Assembly (NCBI RefSeq): GCF_001194135.2
Contig: NC_068985.1
Location: 43,613,888-43,677,887, forward strand
Origin: Octopus bimaculoides
Lineage: Eukaryota
DNA: 64,000 nucleotides
Direction of reading: 5' to 3'
Numbering within the stretch: position 1 is the first letter of the stretch; each line of letters starts with the position of its first letter. A program made the translations under genes and the position numbers. The notes beneath the pieces were generated by a model, which saw nothing but the letters and a program-made list of their open reading frames with translations, was not told the origin of the DNA and ran no database searches. Positions 51,251-64,000 of the stretch are shown piece after piece.

Positions 51251-52229
51251 ATCCTCTTTAAATGAAAGTTGCATTCTGTATATTAGTTATTGGACACCAG
51301 AGAAAAATCAGAAGATCAGACATTTGAGTTGAGTTTGCACACACAAAAACCTGCTTAAGAAAAGATGTCTTGTCTGCTTATAATCTTTAATCTAAAATGC
51401 TTGCTAGAAATGGAAAGAGAAACAATTTAAGAGAGAAGCTGCTAGATACAGTAACTAATGAATAAATGAATGACCTTCAATACATTATTAAGAGTACAAG
51501 AAAAAGTCAATCTAATTAATTTCATTATCATAATCATCATCAGCAACAGTCTAATTTTGTATTATGGCATAAGTTGTATTGATCTGAAGCAAAGCTTTCG
51601 CCCACCTATATAGGTCATATTTCTTCCTTAATATGTAATACACTATTTAGATGAAGCATAACTACTTTCTTTCAAGTTATTCTTCATTCATCCTTACTGA
51701 AGCTGTAGCTGCTGAAACCTCTCAGTTCACAAGCCTTAACTTCTACTTCATGTAGTTGATTCTCATTCAGGCAAAACACCAAACTACTGCAGTAAAGATC
51801 ATATGTTTTATGTTAGACAGAGAAAGATGATCCATTGATTATCAGTTTTATTATTGCTCTACACACCATTTTCGACTGTTGGCCTTACTATCACATTCAC
51901 CTGTTCTGGTGCATATGGTTTAGTGCCAGGGTAGCTTTGCTTGAGTAGACCAATGATCAAAGGAGTTCCATGCATGGACATCCTGTCTTTTTATACATCC
52001 AACAAAACTATCCAAAGTATTCTTCATTTTTAAGATGGTAAGGTGTGATTTGATGGAAATTTGGCTGCTATTTCTATTAGGTCAAGTGGTTAAGTAGAGG
52101 CTTCTTTGTGAGCTTGCCTCTGGCACTTTTTAGATTAAGCCATCTAAGAGGACTTAATAATTGAAACACACCATTACAACAAGTCGTATCTTCAATGATG
52201 CTTCATATAAGCAATTCAAGCAGCCACTG

Positions 52230-52930
52230 AAATCTAAGAAGCTGTTCACTGATGGCTGTTCTCTCAACACGACTAATGGATTAGTTCTCAAGAGACCATG
52301 ACAATTTGGTATCACAATAAGCATAAAGAAAATGAAAATATTGTACCAGTCTGCCCCCAGAAATTCCTATAGAGAACTCAAGGTCACTATAAATAGGCAA
52401 AAACTACAGGCAGCACATATTCTGCAGTGAATTTTGATGAAAAGGTCAACTGCAGGATTTCCAACTACAACAATGACTTCTGCAGATTGCAGTGTAGGAG
52501 GTGAAGAAGAATCATCCTCCTTACAAAACTGAAATTCTAATACATCTCTTTCTGTATGCTAAGCAGTTAATAGGAGACATGTAAGACATCTCCACCATGC
52601 TTTATGAGGAGTCTTCACAGCATTCTGTACATTCACCATGTCTGTATACTTTCTTGTAGAATGGTCAGGTAATATAAGTTGGATATATTAGTAACATGCC
52701 AGACCAAAACATCCCAAAGGATATTGTTAGGAGGCAAAATAAAGGATCCAAGGATTACTCAAAAGCTTCTTTAAAGCATTCAATATAATGGTTGACTCCT
52801 GAAGGCTGCTGGTCTAAAATACACTGGTGCCCACACACTTGAAAACAAAAGAACAGCTGTGGCTGAGAGGAAACACTGACTATGCACAGTTATAGCTGCT
52901 GTTACTCTAAGTGTTGCACTTTTTTGTATG
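52230..52930 (+). mobile_element. RTE-BovB-like LINE RT C-terminal relic
   Basis: KLFTDGCSL (LLFADDCAL type), QFGITISIKKMKILYQSAP, RISNYNNDFCRL, RHVRHL, GNISW..HARP; many stops. Confidence 0.7.
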
Positions 52931-53799
52931 CCCCCTATAAGTAGGAGAGGATTCTAAGATATTAAAAGTATAAAAACATACGTAACAAAAAGCAATTCTC
53001 CTCTCAAGAACAACAAGCCAAATTATTTCATATTCTTAGAATAAGTCTATTTAGAAACATTTTAAAATAATTCAATATTCTGCTATTTTGCATTAGAAAA
53101 CAATTCCTAAATAAAAATTTTAAAAAATATCTTTAATACATTTTATAACATTACACACACACACACACACACACATTATACAGAAGGGATTATTATCCAG
53201 GCTGTGTCCCCATGAAGTACATCTGCAGATTCAAGCTACTAGTTGTATGTATGCAGATGTTTATTTTGGTCAAGTAATATTATTTGGAAAGTAAGTATGC
53301 ATTAAAAGACTGTGATTTACGGTATTATTTTAATACTCTGGTTACAAATGTTTCGTTACAAAATGGGAACTATATTTTATGAACATAGATATATAATAAT
53401 AATAATATAAATGTAATGAATTCATAATAATATATACACATATTTAAAACTTTCTCATGTGCAAATTTCTAGACTTAGTCTCAAAATATATTATATTACT
53501 ATTAATTAATAGTAATATCTATGGTCATAAAATGCATAAGTTGTAAAGAAACATTTGTAACTGCAGTATTAAAATAATACCATCAATTCTAGTTTTCCAT
53601 TTTAATACACACACACACACACACACACACACATTTTGTATTAGTGCAGACATGTAAGTAATTTATTTATTATTAAATATGATAATGTAAGTTATTTACA
53701 TGCTTTTTGATTTATGAAGCAAATTTGTCATGATTTTGGATTTTTTATCAAAGATTCATCTAAATATTTCTCAGTCATTTATGACTATATATATATGTA

Positions 53800-54222
53800 C
53801 ACACACACACAGGTGTAACTCTGTAATTAAGAAGCATGCTTCCCAGCCATGTGGTCTCAGGTTCCATACCACTACATGGCACTTTGGGCAAGTGTCTTCT
53901 ACTATAGCCCTAGGCTGGCAAAAGCCTTGTGCATTTATTTGGTAGAAGAAAATTGAAAGAAGTCCATTCAATATATGTGTGTGTACATGGTGTTTGTGTG
54001 TCCTTGACTCAACATAATGTAATGATTGTAAATGAGCATCACCATCATAGAAACAATGTTGTTCATGTCTGGTATTCCATAAAAAACGTGTTTAGCCATG
54101 GGGAAATATTACCTTCTTTGGAAACAGGTGAGGATTGACAACAGGAAGGGCATCTGGCCATAGAAAAATTCCATCTGACCCATGCAAACATGGAACAGTG
54201 GATGTTAAATTATGACAATAAT
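53800..54222 (+). mobile_element. CORE-head SINE with RTE-type tail
   Basis: Head and CTTTGGGCAAGTGTCTTCTACTATAGCCC as in family A, but the 3' part is ...ACAGGAAGGGCATCTGGCC...GGATGTTAAA. Confidence 0.75.
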
Positions 54223-54294
54223 GATACATACATACGTACATGCATACGTATGTAACTTGTGTGTACGTATGTACATACATACATACATACAAGC

Positions 54295-55135
54295 AAAATC
54301 AGCCTCTTCAGAACACTCAACATGCCTGGATAGTTCACTCATTCAACGCTGGCATATAGACATGAAGGGCATTGTTCAGTTTATCAGCTCTTTTTGAGAA
54401 GCTTTCGGTAAAATAGGGCTATGTACTTGATGCCATCCTGTTTGACATGTTTTTCAGTCACACTGATGCATATGTTTTGAACTACTTTTATATCAGACCA
54501 GATAGGAGGTTACTCAGTTTGTCTTGGCTGAGGGCTAAAAACCAAAGTACATACAGTTCTTGTCAATGACATGTTGCTTGCAGGTAATGTGGCACAGGTA
54601 AGACACTCTGAAGAGCAATTACAATGCTTTATGCACAGCTTTACAAGATCCTGTCAGGACTTCAACATGGTAATCAGCCTAAAGAAGACTAATGTTTTGA
54701 GTTAAGGTCTTGAACATACATTTTTCATTGACATTAATATTTACAAGCTGGTGAATGTTTGTTCACATTTTCTTATGCTCTGAGATCAATGCCTTACATC
54801 TTCATAGCCTGAGATGCATTCTAGACATAAATTAGACTGACTGAAACACCATCAATGAGTTCTTGGCCCATGTCTAGATACTCAGCTTCTTCAATCAGTG
54901 CCAACAATGATGTCTCTGCTGACTGAACAATGAACACATGTCAGATGGGAGGATTTTGAAAAACCTGCTCTATAGGGAGTTGGCCTCTAGCAAAACAGCA
55001 CCAGAGTAATCTCAAATTTTTTTTTTTAATCAAAGATGTCCAGGCTAACAAATGTAAATATCAAGAGATGGGAAGAAGTTGTAAGTGATTGCCTTCACTA
55101 ACTAGAGGCTAGAACTTGGAGTGGGGTTCTAAAAA
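54295..55135 (+). mobile_element. RTE-BovB-like LINE RT relic
   Basis: GYVLDAILFDMFFS (GCVLAPTLF type), RLLSLSWLRAKTKV, DMLLAGNVA..HSEEQLQ..FTRSCQDFNMVISLKKTNV; RLRAKTKV and ISLKKT are typical of BovB-like RTEs. Confidence 0.8.
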
Positions 55136-55769
55136 GAAAAGAGAAACTGAGGCTTGCCGCTAAAGAAAAGTATATATACAAAAAAAAATAAAAAAGATAA
55201 AATGCAGCTGAGACTGTCATTCATTTGTGGATCTCTAAATCCAAAAATGTATCTCACCCCACTCCATATAAAGAAAAAGTCTGGTGATTCAATGTATGAA
55301 AACATAGAATCTAGTTCCTCTCTTGAAAACATGGAAGAGTTTGCATCAGGAAGAGTATCCAGTAGTAGAATACTGACTCAATCAGTTTTGATGAATCCAG
55401 CAGATGATGATGTTGACACACACACACAATACAAACTACTCAGCATTTTAGATCAAGCATACAATTACAAAAATCAATTGAAGTAGGGCACAGACATATG
55501 AGTAATGTGTGTATCTTATGTTATTTTATATCAGTGTTGTATAGAATTATCAGTAAGAAAATCAAAACATTGGTGCTTTGCAAACAAGGGTTCTTGATCA
55601 AGTGAGACACTCCTTGTCACTCACACCATCACAACTGTAGTAATTAGCATGGGGGAGTTGTAAAGAATGATGCTATCTTTCACAAATTGTGATATAAGAT
55701 AAATAAAATATATATTTAGGAACAAGTTTGTTAAGACAATCGTCTCTGTATAATCCTCCTCACAGGATA

Positions 55770-56076
55770 GCAATTACTGGAAATTTTGGACTATTTGCGA
55801 AAATGATTTCCCATATTGTGAGGAAATTTATAGAGATGATGATTTATAGTCTTGCCTAACACAAGAGATGAATAAATTAAAAAGGCCTCTGAGATATTTA
55901 GAGAAATAGGCTTAAGAATTACAGTTGATACTGACTTTAGCATAGTTAAATTTTTCTGGATATTACTTTATATTTAGAAAAAAATATCTACACATAGCAA
56001 AAAACTAATAAAAAACTATTTTATATAAATAAGGATTAGAACCTAATCCACAAAGAAATCTAGTCTCCCAAACTTG

Positions 56077-56119
<43 letters not shown>

Positions 56120-56440
56120 TTGTTTATCTTTGGATGTAGTCACATTCATTAATACTTCTCATTATTAAAAGGGGAACTTTGTAATAGTGCCTTTTCAGAT
56201 AAAATACAATACAAAACCTGAATTGATATTTCCAAATGTAAAAGTGAACCAAGAAATATTCTGTGAAATAATCCAGAATATAGTCGAAATACCTGCACCC
56301 AATATAGCTACAGACTTTAACTTAATCACTTTTCTTTTTCAGATAAATCATTGATAAGCTTTTTAATAATAGAAACTAGCGGGACTGATGAATATTTCAC
56401 AGAATTAATGGTAAACCTATTGGATTATTTCTGAAAACTT
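55770..56440 (+). mobile_element. Penelope-like RT/thumb relic, same family as 18700-21520
   Basis: IYRDDDL, GLRITVDTDFSIVKF.LDITL; the TTCCAAATGTAAAAGTGAACCAAGAAATATT..TAATCCAGAATATAGTCGAAA segment matches the reverse complement of about 19010-19070. Confidence 0.65.
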
Positions 56441-56551
56441 TATCCCAAAAACCTGAAAGTGTAGACTGTGTTGTGTCTGTATGAAAAGATAGTCACTCAT
56501 CTGCTACTCATTGAAAAGTAAAAGAAATTGGAATACACTCATTACTTAATG

Positions 56552-56587
<36 letters not shown>

Positions 56588-56869
56588 TTTATATACTTTA
56601 TGCACAATTTTATAGACTTTAATACACAGCATTCATAAATTAAATATTCACTCTTATTTTTCCATTTTTCTCATAAACAAGCAAAAAATATCTCATACAT
56701 ATGATACAAACTTGAGTTAAATTGCAAATATCTGCCATGTAAATAAGCATGAATATTTCATGGAATTGCACTTATGTGCATGTGTTAAGTGACAGGTGAT
56801 ATAAAAAACTTAGTTCAATTAAAAAAATAAAACATTTTTCACTATGCAATCACCACCACCACCACTACA

Positions 56870-56996
56870 AAAACTGGAGACTGTTTTAGCTGAAGAATGG
56901 ACAAAAATTCCTTTGGAAACAATTCAAACTTTGTACGAGTCCATACCTCGTAGAATTCAAGCTGTGATTACTGCCATATTAAAATAAGCTTGTTTG
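56870..56996 (+). mobile_element. Tc1-type transposase C-terminal fragment running into a gap
   Basis: KLETVLAEEWTKIPLETIQTLYESIPRRIQAVITA. Confidence 0.8.
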
Positions 56997-57704
56997 NNNN
57001 NNNNNNNNNNNNNNNNNNNNNNNNNNNNNNNNNNNNNNNNNNNNNNNNNNNNNNNNNNNNNNNNNNNNNNNNNNNNNNNNNNNNNNNNNNNNNNNNNNNN
57101 NNNNNNNNNNNNNNNNNNNNNNNNNNNNNNNNNNNNNNNNNNNNNNNNNNNNNNNNNNNNNNNNNNNNNNNNNNNNNNNNNNNNNNNNNNNNNNNNNNNN
57201 NNNNNNNNNNNNNNNNNNNNNNNNNNNNNNNNNNNNNNNNNNNNNNNNNNNNNNNNNNNNNNNNNNNNNNNNNNNNNNNNNNNNNNNNNNNNNNNNNNNN
57301 NNNNNNNNNNNNNNNNNNNNNNNNNNNNNNNNNNNNNNNNNNNNNNNNNNNNNNNNNNNNNNNNNNNNNNNNNNNNNNNNNNNNNNNNNNNNNNNNNNNN
57401 NNNNNNNNNNNNNNNNNNNNNNNNNNNNNNNNNNNNNNNNNNNNNNNNNNNNNNNNNNNNNNNNNNNNNNNNNNNNNNNNNNNNNNNNNNNNNNNNNNNN
57501 NNNNNNNNNNNNNNNNNNNNNNNNNNNNNNNNNNNNNNNNNNNNNNNNNNNNNNNNNNNNNNNNNNNNNNNNNNNNNNNNNNNNNNNNNNNNNNNNNNNN
57601 NNNNNNNNNNNNNNNNNNNNNNNNNNNNNNNNNNNNNNNNNNNNNNNNNNNNNNNNNNNNNNNNNNNNNNNNNNNNNNNNNNNNNNNNNNNNNNNNNNNN
57701 NNNN
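56997..57704. other. Assembly gap (708 N); smaller gaps at 22740-22784, 24581-24614 and 49954-49974
   Basis: N runs. Confidence 1.
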
Positions 57705-57924
57705 GCACATAAAAGATACCATTTCGAGCGTGGCCGTTTTCGTGTGGGTGACACGTAAAAGCACCCACTACACTCTCTGAGTGGTTGGCGTTAGGAAGGG
57801 CATCCAGCTGTAGAAACTCTGCCAAATCAGACTGGAGCCTGGTGTTGCCATCCGGTTTCACCAGTCCTCAGTCAAATCGTCCAACCCATGCTAGCATGGA
57901 AAGCGGACGTTAAACGATGATGAT

Positions 57925-57927
<3 letters not shown>
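57705..57927 (+). mobile_element. Family C RTE-type 3' tail, young
   Basis: GAGTGGTTGGCGTTAGGAAGGGCATCCAGCTGTAGAAAC...GGACGTTAAACGATGATGATGAT with CpGs retained. Confidence 0.9.
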
Positions 57928-57965
<38 letters not shown>

Positions 57966-59437
57966 TTTCACACATGTGTTGTGTGTGTGTTGCAATACAG
58001 TGAAAATCAAAAGAATTCAAATAAATTAAAATATCACTGTTTCCTTACGGGTGTGCATATATCTTTTGACAATTTATATTAGTGTAATAGTAAAATTGTA
58101 AAAAAATGGTGCTTAGCTAAAAGTCTTTTGCATTGAGTTAGACATGCTCTTCTAACTTTGATAATTAGAACAACAGTGAACTAATGATTGTCCCACTGGA
58201 AACCTCTAACCAATGGTGTTATTGTTCACAAACTGTGATATTGCACACACGCATGCATGTGCCCCCCTACTCCAACATTTTATCTCTTGACAAAATGTTT
58301 GGCATTAGGAAAAGCACCCAATCATAGTAAACATTTCCAAAAGAATATATGTGTGAGATATGGTACTTATCTAGGACAGCTTATTTGAAGAACTGAATTG
58401 GATTGTGGTGACATATCCATTTCATTCTAGTATGGAAAACAGACCTTAAAATGATAATGATGATGATAATGATGATGATGATGATGACGATGGTGATGGT
58501 GATATATGTCTGCGTCCATATTTGTGATTATATTTGATCAGTCTAAAAACCATTGCTGTTAATGTTGCATCACCTCATAACATTAAGCAATTCAATAGAG
58601 ACTAATGAAATAGGTACCAGACAAAAATAAGTACTGCATAGCTGCAGTTGAATGACTGAAACCAGGAAAATGTTTTCGACAATTTTCTTTTGCTGTTAAT
58701 TATAGTTAATAATAGGAGCTAACAACAGAGTTTATGTACCATTTTGTCATTCCAATTCAACTTTATACATGCTCTTGGTAACATTATGCTACTTCAGACC
58801 TGCTGATAGCTGACAGAATTCTTCATCAGATTTTGGATCATAAAATAATAAAAGATAATATCACTGCAGCATTTAGTTTCATTGGCTTATAGTCAGTAAC
58901 ATCATAGCAGATGGTAACAAGAATACAGAGAAAAGTTGAAAGTATCAAATAACTGTTTCCTTAGCTTTTGTCAAATATATTTGTGGTGAACACTATTAGA
59001 GTAAAATTGGGCACAGATGTGGCTGAATAGTTAATTATTTTACATTACAATTATGAAGCTCTGAGTTTGATCTCTGCACAGCATCTTGAGTTAAGGCTTT
59101 CTGCTATAACCTCAAGTCAACCTAATCTTTGTAAGTGAAATTGGGTGCATAGAAACTATGTGGAAGCTTGCTGAACGAATTGTACATGTAATTCAAAAGA
59201 GCCAGCCTTGTCACAGTGTTACAGTGACTTTACCTGATTATGTTAAGGGTACATGTGTATGTGGAATACTCAGTCACTTGCATTATAATACAAGCAGAAG
59301 ATTCCACTGATCAAAAATTGGAATATTCAGTATTGAAACTAATGCAAGATTTTGAAGGCTTATGGTGACTGGATTTCAAGAACTAGTGTTTTAATTTCGG
59401 GTTGAATAGGCATTGTGAATGAAGAAAGTATTCTTCC

Positions 59438-59828
59438 TTTTATTCTTTTACTTGTTTCAGTCATTTGACTGTGGTCATGCTGGAGCACCACTTTTTCTTT
59501 TAGTCGAGCAAATCGACACAGGACTTATTCTTTGTAAGCCTAGTACTTATTCTATCAGTTTCTTTTTGCCGAACCGCTAAGTTACGGGAACGTAAACACA
59601 CCAGGATCGCATGTCAAGCGATGTTGGGGGAAGAAACACAGACACACATATACACATATATATGACGGGGCTTCTTTCAGTTTCCGTCTACCAAATCCAC
59701 TCACAAGGCTTTGGTCGGCCCGAGGCTATAGTAGAAGACACTTGCCCAAGGTGCCACACAGCGGGACTGAACCCGGAACCATGTGGTTGGTAAGCAAGCT
59801 ACTTACCACACAGCCACTCCTGCGCCTA
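59438..59828 (-). mobile_element. SINE family A, near-intact
   Basis: Head GGCGCAGGAGTGGCTGTGTGGTAAG..GGGTTCAGTCCC, CORE-like CACCTTGGGCAAGTGTCTTC, tail GTAAAAGAATA. Confidence 0.92.
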
Positions 59829-59947
59829 TATGTTACTCTTTTTTACCAGTTACCTTCATAACAATCAGTCAAGCCTTGTGTTATTAAAAAAAACAACTCA
59901 AAACAAAAAGAAGTTTATTTATGTAGGGTAATATAGATGACTATAAT

Positions 59948-60158
59948 ATTTTCTACTCTAGGCACAAGTCCTGAAATTTTGGGGAGGGCAGGCAGTCAAT
60001 TAGATCGACTCCAGTACGCAACTGGTACTTAATTTATCAACCCAAAAAGGAAAGGCAAAGTCGACCTTGGCGGAATTTGAACTCAGAATGTCAAGACAGA
60101 CAAAATACCGCTAAGCATTTCGTCTGGCATGCTAACGTCTCTGCCAGTTTGCCACTTT
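59948..60158 (-). mobile_element. SINE family B, near-intact
   Basis: Full head-to-tail copy. Confidence 0.9.
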
Positions 60159-60391
60159 ATAGATGACTATAATAGAAGAACTCTGAACAATATTAATTTC
60201 AGTATCTAATTTCTCTCATTTTCATTTTGAGTTTTGGGTTGGGTCTTCTAATGATCTCTCTATGCCCCCGAAAGTTACCTGTAAATACACTGAGATTGAT
60301 GTAATTTAATATGCTCACTCCTTTCAATAACTGACCTAACTAATATGTCAAATATTGTATCTATGTAAATTATAATTATTCATTTTATAGA

Positions 60392-60862
60392 ACTAGCTGT
60401 GTGGTAAGTAGCTTGCTTACCAACCACATGATTCTGGGTTCAGTCCCACTGCGTGGCACCTTGGGCAAGTGTCTTCTACTATAGCCTCGGGCTATAGTGA
60501 GTAGATTTGGTAGACGGAAACTGAAAGAAGCCCATCGTATATATGTATATATATGTATGTGTGTGTGTGTGTATATGTTTGTGTGTGTATATGTTTGTGT
60601 GTGCATATGTTTGTGTGTGTATATGTTTGTGTGTGTATATGTTTGTGTGTCCTGTTTGTCTCCCCAACATCGCTTGACAACCGATGGTGGTGTGTTTACG
60701 TCCCCGTAACTTAGCAGTTCGGCAAAAGATACCGATAGAAGAAGTACTAGGCTTACAAAGAATAAGTCCTGGAGTCGATTTGCTCGACTAAAGGTGGTGC
60801 TCCAGCATGGCCACAGTCAAATGACTGAAACAAGTAAAAGAGTAAAAAGAGTAAAAAGAGTA
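60392..60862 (+). mobile_element. SINE family A, near-intact, expanded internal (GT/AT) repeat
   Basis: Inverted relative to 59438-59828; (GTAAAA(A)GA)n tail. Confidence 0.92.
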
Positions 60863-60875
60863 ATTATTTGTTAGA

Positions 60876-61195
60876 TGGGCACAGGTGTGGCTGTGTGGTA
60901 AAAAGTTTGCTTCTTGACCATATGGTTCCAGGTTCAATTTCACTGCATGGTACCTAGGGTATGTATCTTCTACTATAGCCCCAGGCTGACCAAAGTCTTG
61001 TGAGTGGATTTAGTAGATGGAAACTGAATTATACATGTGTGTGTTTGGTTTGTTTACATCTCTGTAAAGAAGAGACCAGAATAAGTACCAGTATTTAAAA
61101 AATACTGGAGGCGATTTGATCAACTAAAACCCTTGAAGGTGGTGCTCCAGCATGGTTGCAGTCTAATGACTGATACAAATAAAAGATAAAAGATA
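60876..61195 (+). mobile_element. SINE family A, older copy in tandem
   Basis: Head GGGCACAGGTGTGGCTGTGTGG; tail AAATAAAAGATAAAAGATA. Confidence 0.8.
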
Positions 61196-63179
61196 CACAA
61201 AGCCATATATCTAGGTGGAAGAAACCGTTGATTAAATCAATTCAGTATTTGATTTGTATTTTGATCTATAGACTCTAGAAAGATGAAAGATTAAGTCTAC
61301 CTCACCAAAATTTGAACTCAGAATATAAAACATTTTGTTCACTGCTCTACTAATTCTGCCATCTACTAACCTTTCATAAAACAAATATCAATAATAACAG
61401 TCTTTACATTTTTTAAAATAATCATAAAAGAAAGCTAATGTTGCTGTCATAAATTCATGTAAATCTTAATGAAATTTCTATTAACAATGTGTCTTGAAGA
61501 GAATTTAGTTATAAATAATAGCTTATAATACATTGAATAAAAAATTCCTTTGATAGTAAAAAGGCAAAAATCTACCTGTAAGACATGAATCGCATATCTT
61601 CTGTAACTGAGAATTATAGCTGAATCCTCTTTGAGAATACTTCATTAATAAAGATTTATTTACATATTTCTCAATGCTTCTACGTTTGCATACTAAATAT
61701 AAGTAAATCTTGATTATTTCATTTATTTGAAAATAACAATTAAGAAGAAAAATGTTAATGTTTCAACTTACCAAAAAATCAAAACCTTATTAGGTATTAA
61801 AAGGTTCATAAATCCTTCAGAATGCAAAGAATATGTTCAGAATAAGAAAACCATTCCAGTCAAATAAGAATCCTTTTTTAAAATTTAGAATGTTGGTTTC
61901 AATTAAAATAATTTAAACAAAGTAATATCCAGGATTATATGCACCTGCAATGAAAAAAAAGTACATGACCATTAATTATTTAGAAAATTTATGATCTTTT
62001 TATGAAATTAAGTATTTATCACAATGATATTGGATGTAGTGGAGATAGGAAAACACTAATATTGAACTTAATTTAAGCTTTTTCTCACTTTAGTCAATTT
62101 AACTAAAAAATTCACTACAGCAGTTATCCATCATCATAATGTAAATTGCCAGTAAGAAAGGTAACCAGCCATACCACCAACTATTTCAAATGCAAATGCA
62201 AATAATCACAAACTTTTGAGTGTGTGTAGGGGGAAGGGGGAGGGAGAAAGAAAGAGTGGAGAAAGAGAGAGAAGGAGAGAATGAAGAAAAAATCTGCTTA
62301 ATGAGTGTGTACGAAGCATGATACTGTGTGGAGATAAAATGTTTAATGAGTAGAGAAAAAGTGCAGTAACTGTATATATATATATATATACAATAGCAAA
62401 CACTTTTAGTCTGTTATTGGCATATCATTTACATACATATATGTATTATATATTTTAGTATTAGGTAAATACTTATAAATAAGCATTTTATAAACATGAA
62501 GGAAAAATTTTTTCTTCTCAAAGTCCATTACATGATACCTAAAATCTTGTTGCATGTCCCCTAAAAATCATGACATATCACTGCTGTCATACATGTTATA
62601 GGTTCACAATCACTGAATTATAATAAGTTCTGCACTGTCAATTTATGAGGAAGGTTGAATGCAAGCAAATGACTTGATGAATCCATTTGCATATACAGTG
62701 TTTATAGAGAAGAATCATATGTGTTAGGTAAATGTGATGGAAGGTACTGAAGAAGATCAAAGTGGAAGTGATAACTTTAATCTATACTCACTTCCAGTAA
62801 ACATTCTATTTTTGACTTTCTCTGTAGCTCCCTGTCTTTCTTATATGGATTTTATGAAGTATATTATTTTGATTGTGAATACTTAACCTACTTGATTATT
62901 TCTATTTTCTAATTCATACTTATCTCCATCACAACTTTTATCACTTACGTCATTTATTACTTAGAACATCTATTGCTTATACAGACACTTATTATTGGTC
63001 ACCGCCTGTCTAAAGAGATGATGGGAATTTCCTTTTTTTTCCTCTTCTTCTTCTTTCTCCCTTCCTCTTTCCACTTCACACCCACTTATCTCAGCATCAA
63101 CCTATTGACTTTAATTTTCATATCCTGGGATTGTCTCAAATTAGTTAATTACTCACATCGACTAATCTAACAATTTTCA

Positions 63180-63227
<48 letters not shown>

Positions 63228-63260
63228 CTCCCACTACCACCACCACTACAACAACAACGA
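63180..63260. repeat. (ACT)n/(ACC)n/(ACA)n trinucleotide microsatellite
   Basis: Directly visible. Confidence 0.95.
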
Positions 63261-64000
63261 CATTATTCTTCAACATAGGCAAGCAACAGGTTGCTCAAAT
63301 TCAACTAACTTTCTGTTTGTATTGATCTGTGCACGTGTGTTATCAAAACAACCTATCAACAACAAAAATAGCACAAGAAATTATTGGAGTAAACCTTACT
63401 TCCCTTTTAGAAGATATTGGGAAATTAGAACATGGTTGTAATAGGTCATTGGGTACAACTGGAAATTTTGTCTTACAGATCTCCTGCTACTGTAGTGAGC
63501 TATACTATTCCATAGTACTTTATGTCATTATCTAACAGAAGGGCAACCTTGAGAATGCAGAACTATGATTAAAGGCATGTCTAGCTGTGACCATCATGTC
63601 TTTTTTTTTCAGACAGTGTATCTAGGATTACATTATCCAACATATCCTACTTTTTTAAAGACAATGTTGGATATTTGGTCTCTATTTCTTGCAGGGTGAG
63701 CAACTGCATAGAGGATCTCTTGTTTGTTCATCATTATTATTTTTATTGGTGGTAGGTCTTTGTAGCTGAGGAAGATTTCCTCCTAGTATGTGATGAATCT
63801 AATATGTAATGGGCTGTTGTTCACACTAACCATGACAAGCAGTGGCATGTCATGTAAAATTAAAAAATCCAGATCCCATTTCCATGTGTTACTTGAAGAA
63901 TAATTAAAAACTCTAAGAGGCAGTAGTAACTCTTTCATTAAAGGGACAGTGATACACAGGCTTGAGTATCAAATTTGTCACATTTTAGTTTAATTTACCA

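Noticed and set aside
55154-55486. 110-aa plus-strand ORF and overlapping 67-aa minus ORF
   Set aside because: No recognisable domain or splice framework; lies between LINE relics.
56957-57861. Five 240-297 aa ORFs
   Set aside because: Read through a 708-nt N gap.

Overview
AT-rich, microsatellite- and TE-dense eukaryotic DNA. The repeat families look like those of Octopus/coleoid cephalopods (inferred from recalled repeat motifs, not tested). The only host coding content I can support is the 5' part of an L1CAM/neuroglian-family immunoglobulin cell-adhesion gene on the minus strand. It has a signal-peptide exon (24183-24294, ATG at 24255; this frame is not in the ORF track), a 19,969-nt intron, a 106-nt Ig1 exon (4108-4213), a 1,832-nt intron, and a 380-nt Ig1/Ig2 exon (1896-2275). 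All splice phases join in frame, and the gene continues beyond base 1. The remainder is intron/upstream sequence filled with decayed mariner, maT and Tc1 elements, RTE and BovB-like LINEs, Penelope-like elements with hammerhead-like motifs, a Helitron, hAT- and piggyBac-type MITEs, and many SINEs. I found no clearly novel multi-gene system. The best leads are intronic long hairpins and inverted SINE pairs (possible dsRNA/ADAR substrates), a hairpin whose loop matches 39 nt of a nearby retroelement RT, a non-coding direct-repeat element with a hammerhead-like core, and a Helitron with a triplicated 5' end.
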